64,000 nt of DNA from Octopus vulgaris (lineage: Eukaryota): contig OX597828.1 in assembly GCA_951406725.2 (NCBI GenBank), positions 15,314,001 to 15,378,000 on the forward strand, read 5' to 3'. Position 1 is the stretch's first letter. Every line of letters starts with the position of its first letter. Of the stretch, positions 62,571-64,000 are shown piece after piece. Below the pieces are notes generated by a model. That model did no database searches and was not told the DNA's origin. It saw nothing but the letters and a program-made list of their open reading frames with translations. The position numbers and the translations under genes were made by a program.

Positions 62571-63452
62571 GGGTGGGAGATGCCTCTGAAGCATGTACAT
62601 GGTGGTGGTGGTTGTCATTGTCTTCATCACCATCACCACCACCACCATCAAGGTCTGTTTCTATGTTGCCATGAGTCGGATGGTTAGACAGGAGCTGGCA
62701 AGTAGGAGGGCTGCACCAAGCTTCAATTATCTGTTTCGGCTTTATTTCTTCAATTGGATGTCTTTCTCAATGTCAATGACTTTACAGAGTGTACTGGGTG
62801 GTTTTTATGTGGTGCCAGTACCCACAAGGTTGCCAAATATTTTACAAGACCTCTCAGCTTAGAGAGAGAGAAAGGAAACAAGTGGCTGTGTGCCAGGTGA
62901 GAGGTTGGAGTATGATAGAGGGACAGGGATAGCTGTCTCACGACAAAGGAGATACCTGGCTAACAAAACCAAGTTAATCAATCTGTGACATCATTTATAT
63001 GAAAATCAGTAGTTAAGTATGGGGAGAAAAAAATTAAACTGAACTTCCCTTTAGGCAGTAAACTAACTGGGTGGCTTCAAGGATCTTGTGACAGACATCA
63101 CCCTTGAGATCATTTTCATTGTGACACTTTTGACAACGCATAAAGCGACATAAAACAATAACAGCAACAAAACAAATAGAAATTCAAAAAAATTAATTTT
63201 ATTTTCTTGAAAATTCTATACTTTAATGTATGAACTTTCATTTGAATGATGAAATGGAATTTGGTTTTTTTTTCAATAATGAAGAGAAATGAGAAATACA
63301 AATGCAGAACAATGATAAATAAATGTGACACAATGAGAGTGTCTTTTTAATCCAACAGTCATGAACAGTTCTTCAATCAGCCTTTTGCTGGTTAATATTT
63401 ATATTTATATTTATATATATATAGATAGATATGGGTTGTGGATTCTGTTTTG

Positions 63453-63701
63453 TCAGTCCAGTAAAAGATTAGTAGTTGTATTGTTGTTACCAATCCCAAC
63501 AGCTGATGTGTTGATCTCTTCATCCTCCATTAGTAACATGTTAGCTTCAAAGTCTTCTGGCTTTTCTAAATGGTTGTAATACTTCAAGCGGTCGTTGTTT
63601 CGGAAATACTTCACTGATACATCGTTGCTGTTTATTGAAAGGGTTTTCGTTTCTCGGATTTGGCGTTTTAAAAAATTATCTACCACCCAAAATATAAGAG
63701 C
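63453..63701 (-). CDS. TMEM110: STIMATE/TMEM110 homolog, last coding exon (gene continues beyond window)
   Basis: TTCTTTCAG|GCT acceptor. ALIFWVVDNFL matches the conserved (N)ALMFWVVDNFL of TMEM110, followed by an acidic tail and stop. Confidence 0.75.
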   Translation of the reverse strand, partial: ALIFWVVDNFLKRQIRETKTLSINSNDVSVKYFRNNDRLKYYNHLEKPEDFEANMLLMEDEEINTSAVGIGNNNTTTNLLLD

Positions 63702-63776
63702 CTGAAAGAAGAGAAAAAAAAAGAAAGAATTAAAATCAAAATCAGAAATAGACAATTTACTCTTTTACTTGATTCA

Positions 63777-64000
63777 GTCATTTGACTGTGGCCATGCTGG
63801 AGCACCGCCTTTAGTCGAGCAAACTGACCCCAGGACTTATTCTTTGTAAGCCTAGTACTTATTCTATCGGTCTCTTTTGCCGACCCGCTAATTTATGGGG
63901 GCGTAAACACACCACCATCGGTTGTCAAGCGATGTTGAGGGGACAAACACAGACACATAAACATACATACACACACACATATATATATATATATATATCA
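63777..64000 (-). mobile_element. Family A SINE (truncated by the window end)
   Basis: TTTACTCTTTTACTTG..CCATGCTGGAGCACCGCC tail. Confidence 0.85.

Overview
AT-rich, microsatellite-dense eukaryotic DNA. The SINE/LINE repertoire and gene style point to a coleoid cephalopod, probably an octopus; this is an inference. Three protein genes are recognisable. (1) A complete 6-exon RPL12 (uL11) on the minus strand, CDS 49575->38770, 165 aa. (2) A complete 2-exon kaptin gene (KPTN, KICSTOR subunit) on the plus strand, 49762-55394, about 518 aa, head-to-head with RPL12 across a 186-bp promoter carrying ETS, TCT/TOP and YY1 motifs. (3) The last coding exon of a STIMATE/TMEM110 homolog on the minus strand, 63453-63701. 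The rest is mostly mobile DNA: three tRNA-derived SINE families, CR1, RTE and R4-type LINE fragments, a Ty3/gypsy gag-protease relic, a solo LTR, and MITEs (piggyBac-, hAT-, pogo-, Harbinger- and Merlin-like). The most notable unannotated signal is a set of dispersed Penelope-type minimal hammerhead ribozyme motifs. One has an intact core (27665-27786), one lies in a direct-repeat retrozyme-like unit, and two lie in a head-to-head pair of tRNA-headed SINEs. Most ORFs in the supplied track are microsatellite or SINE artefacts. TE boundaries without a stated TSD or TIR are approximate.
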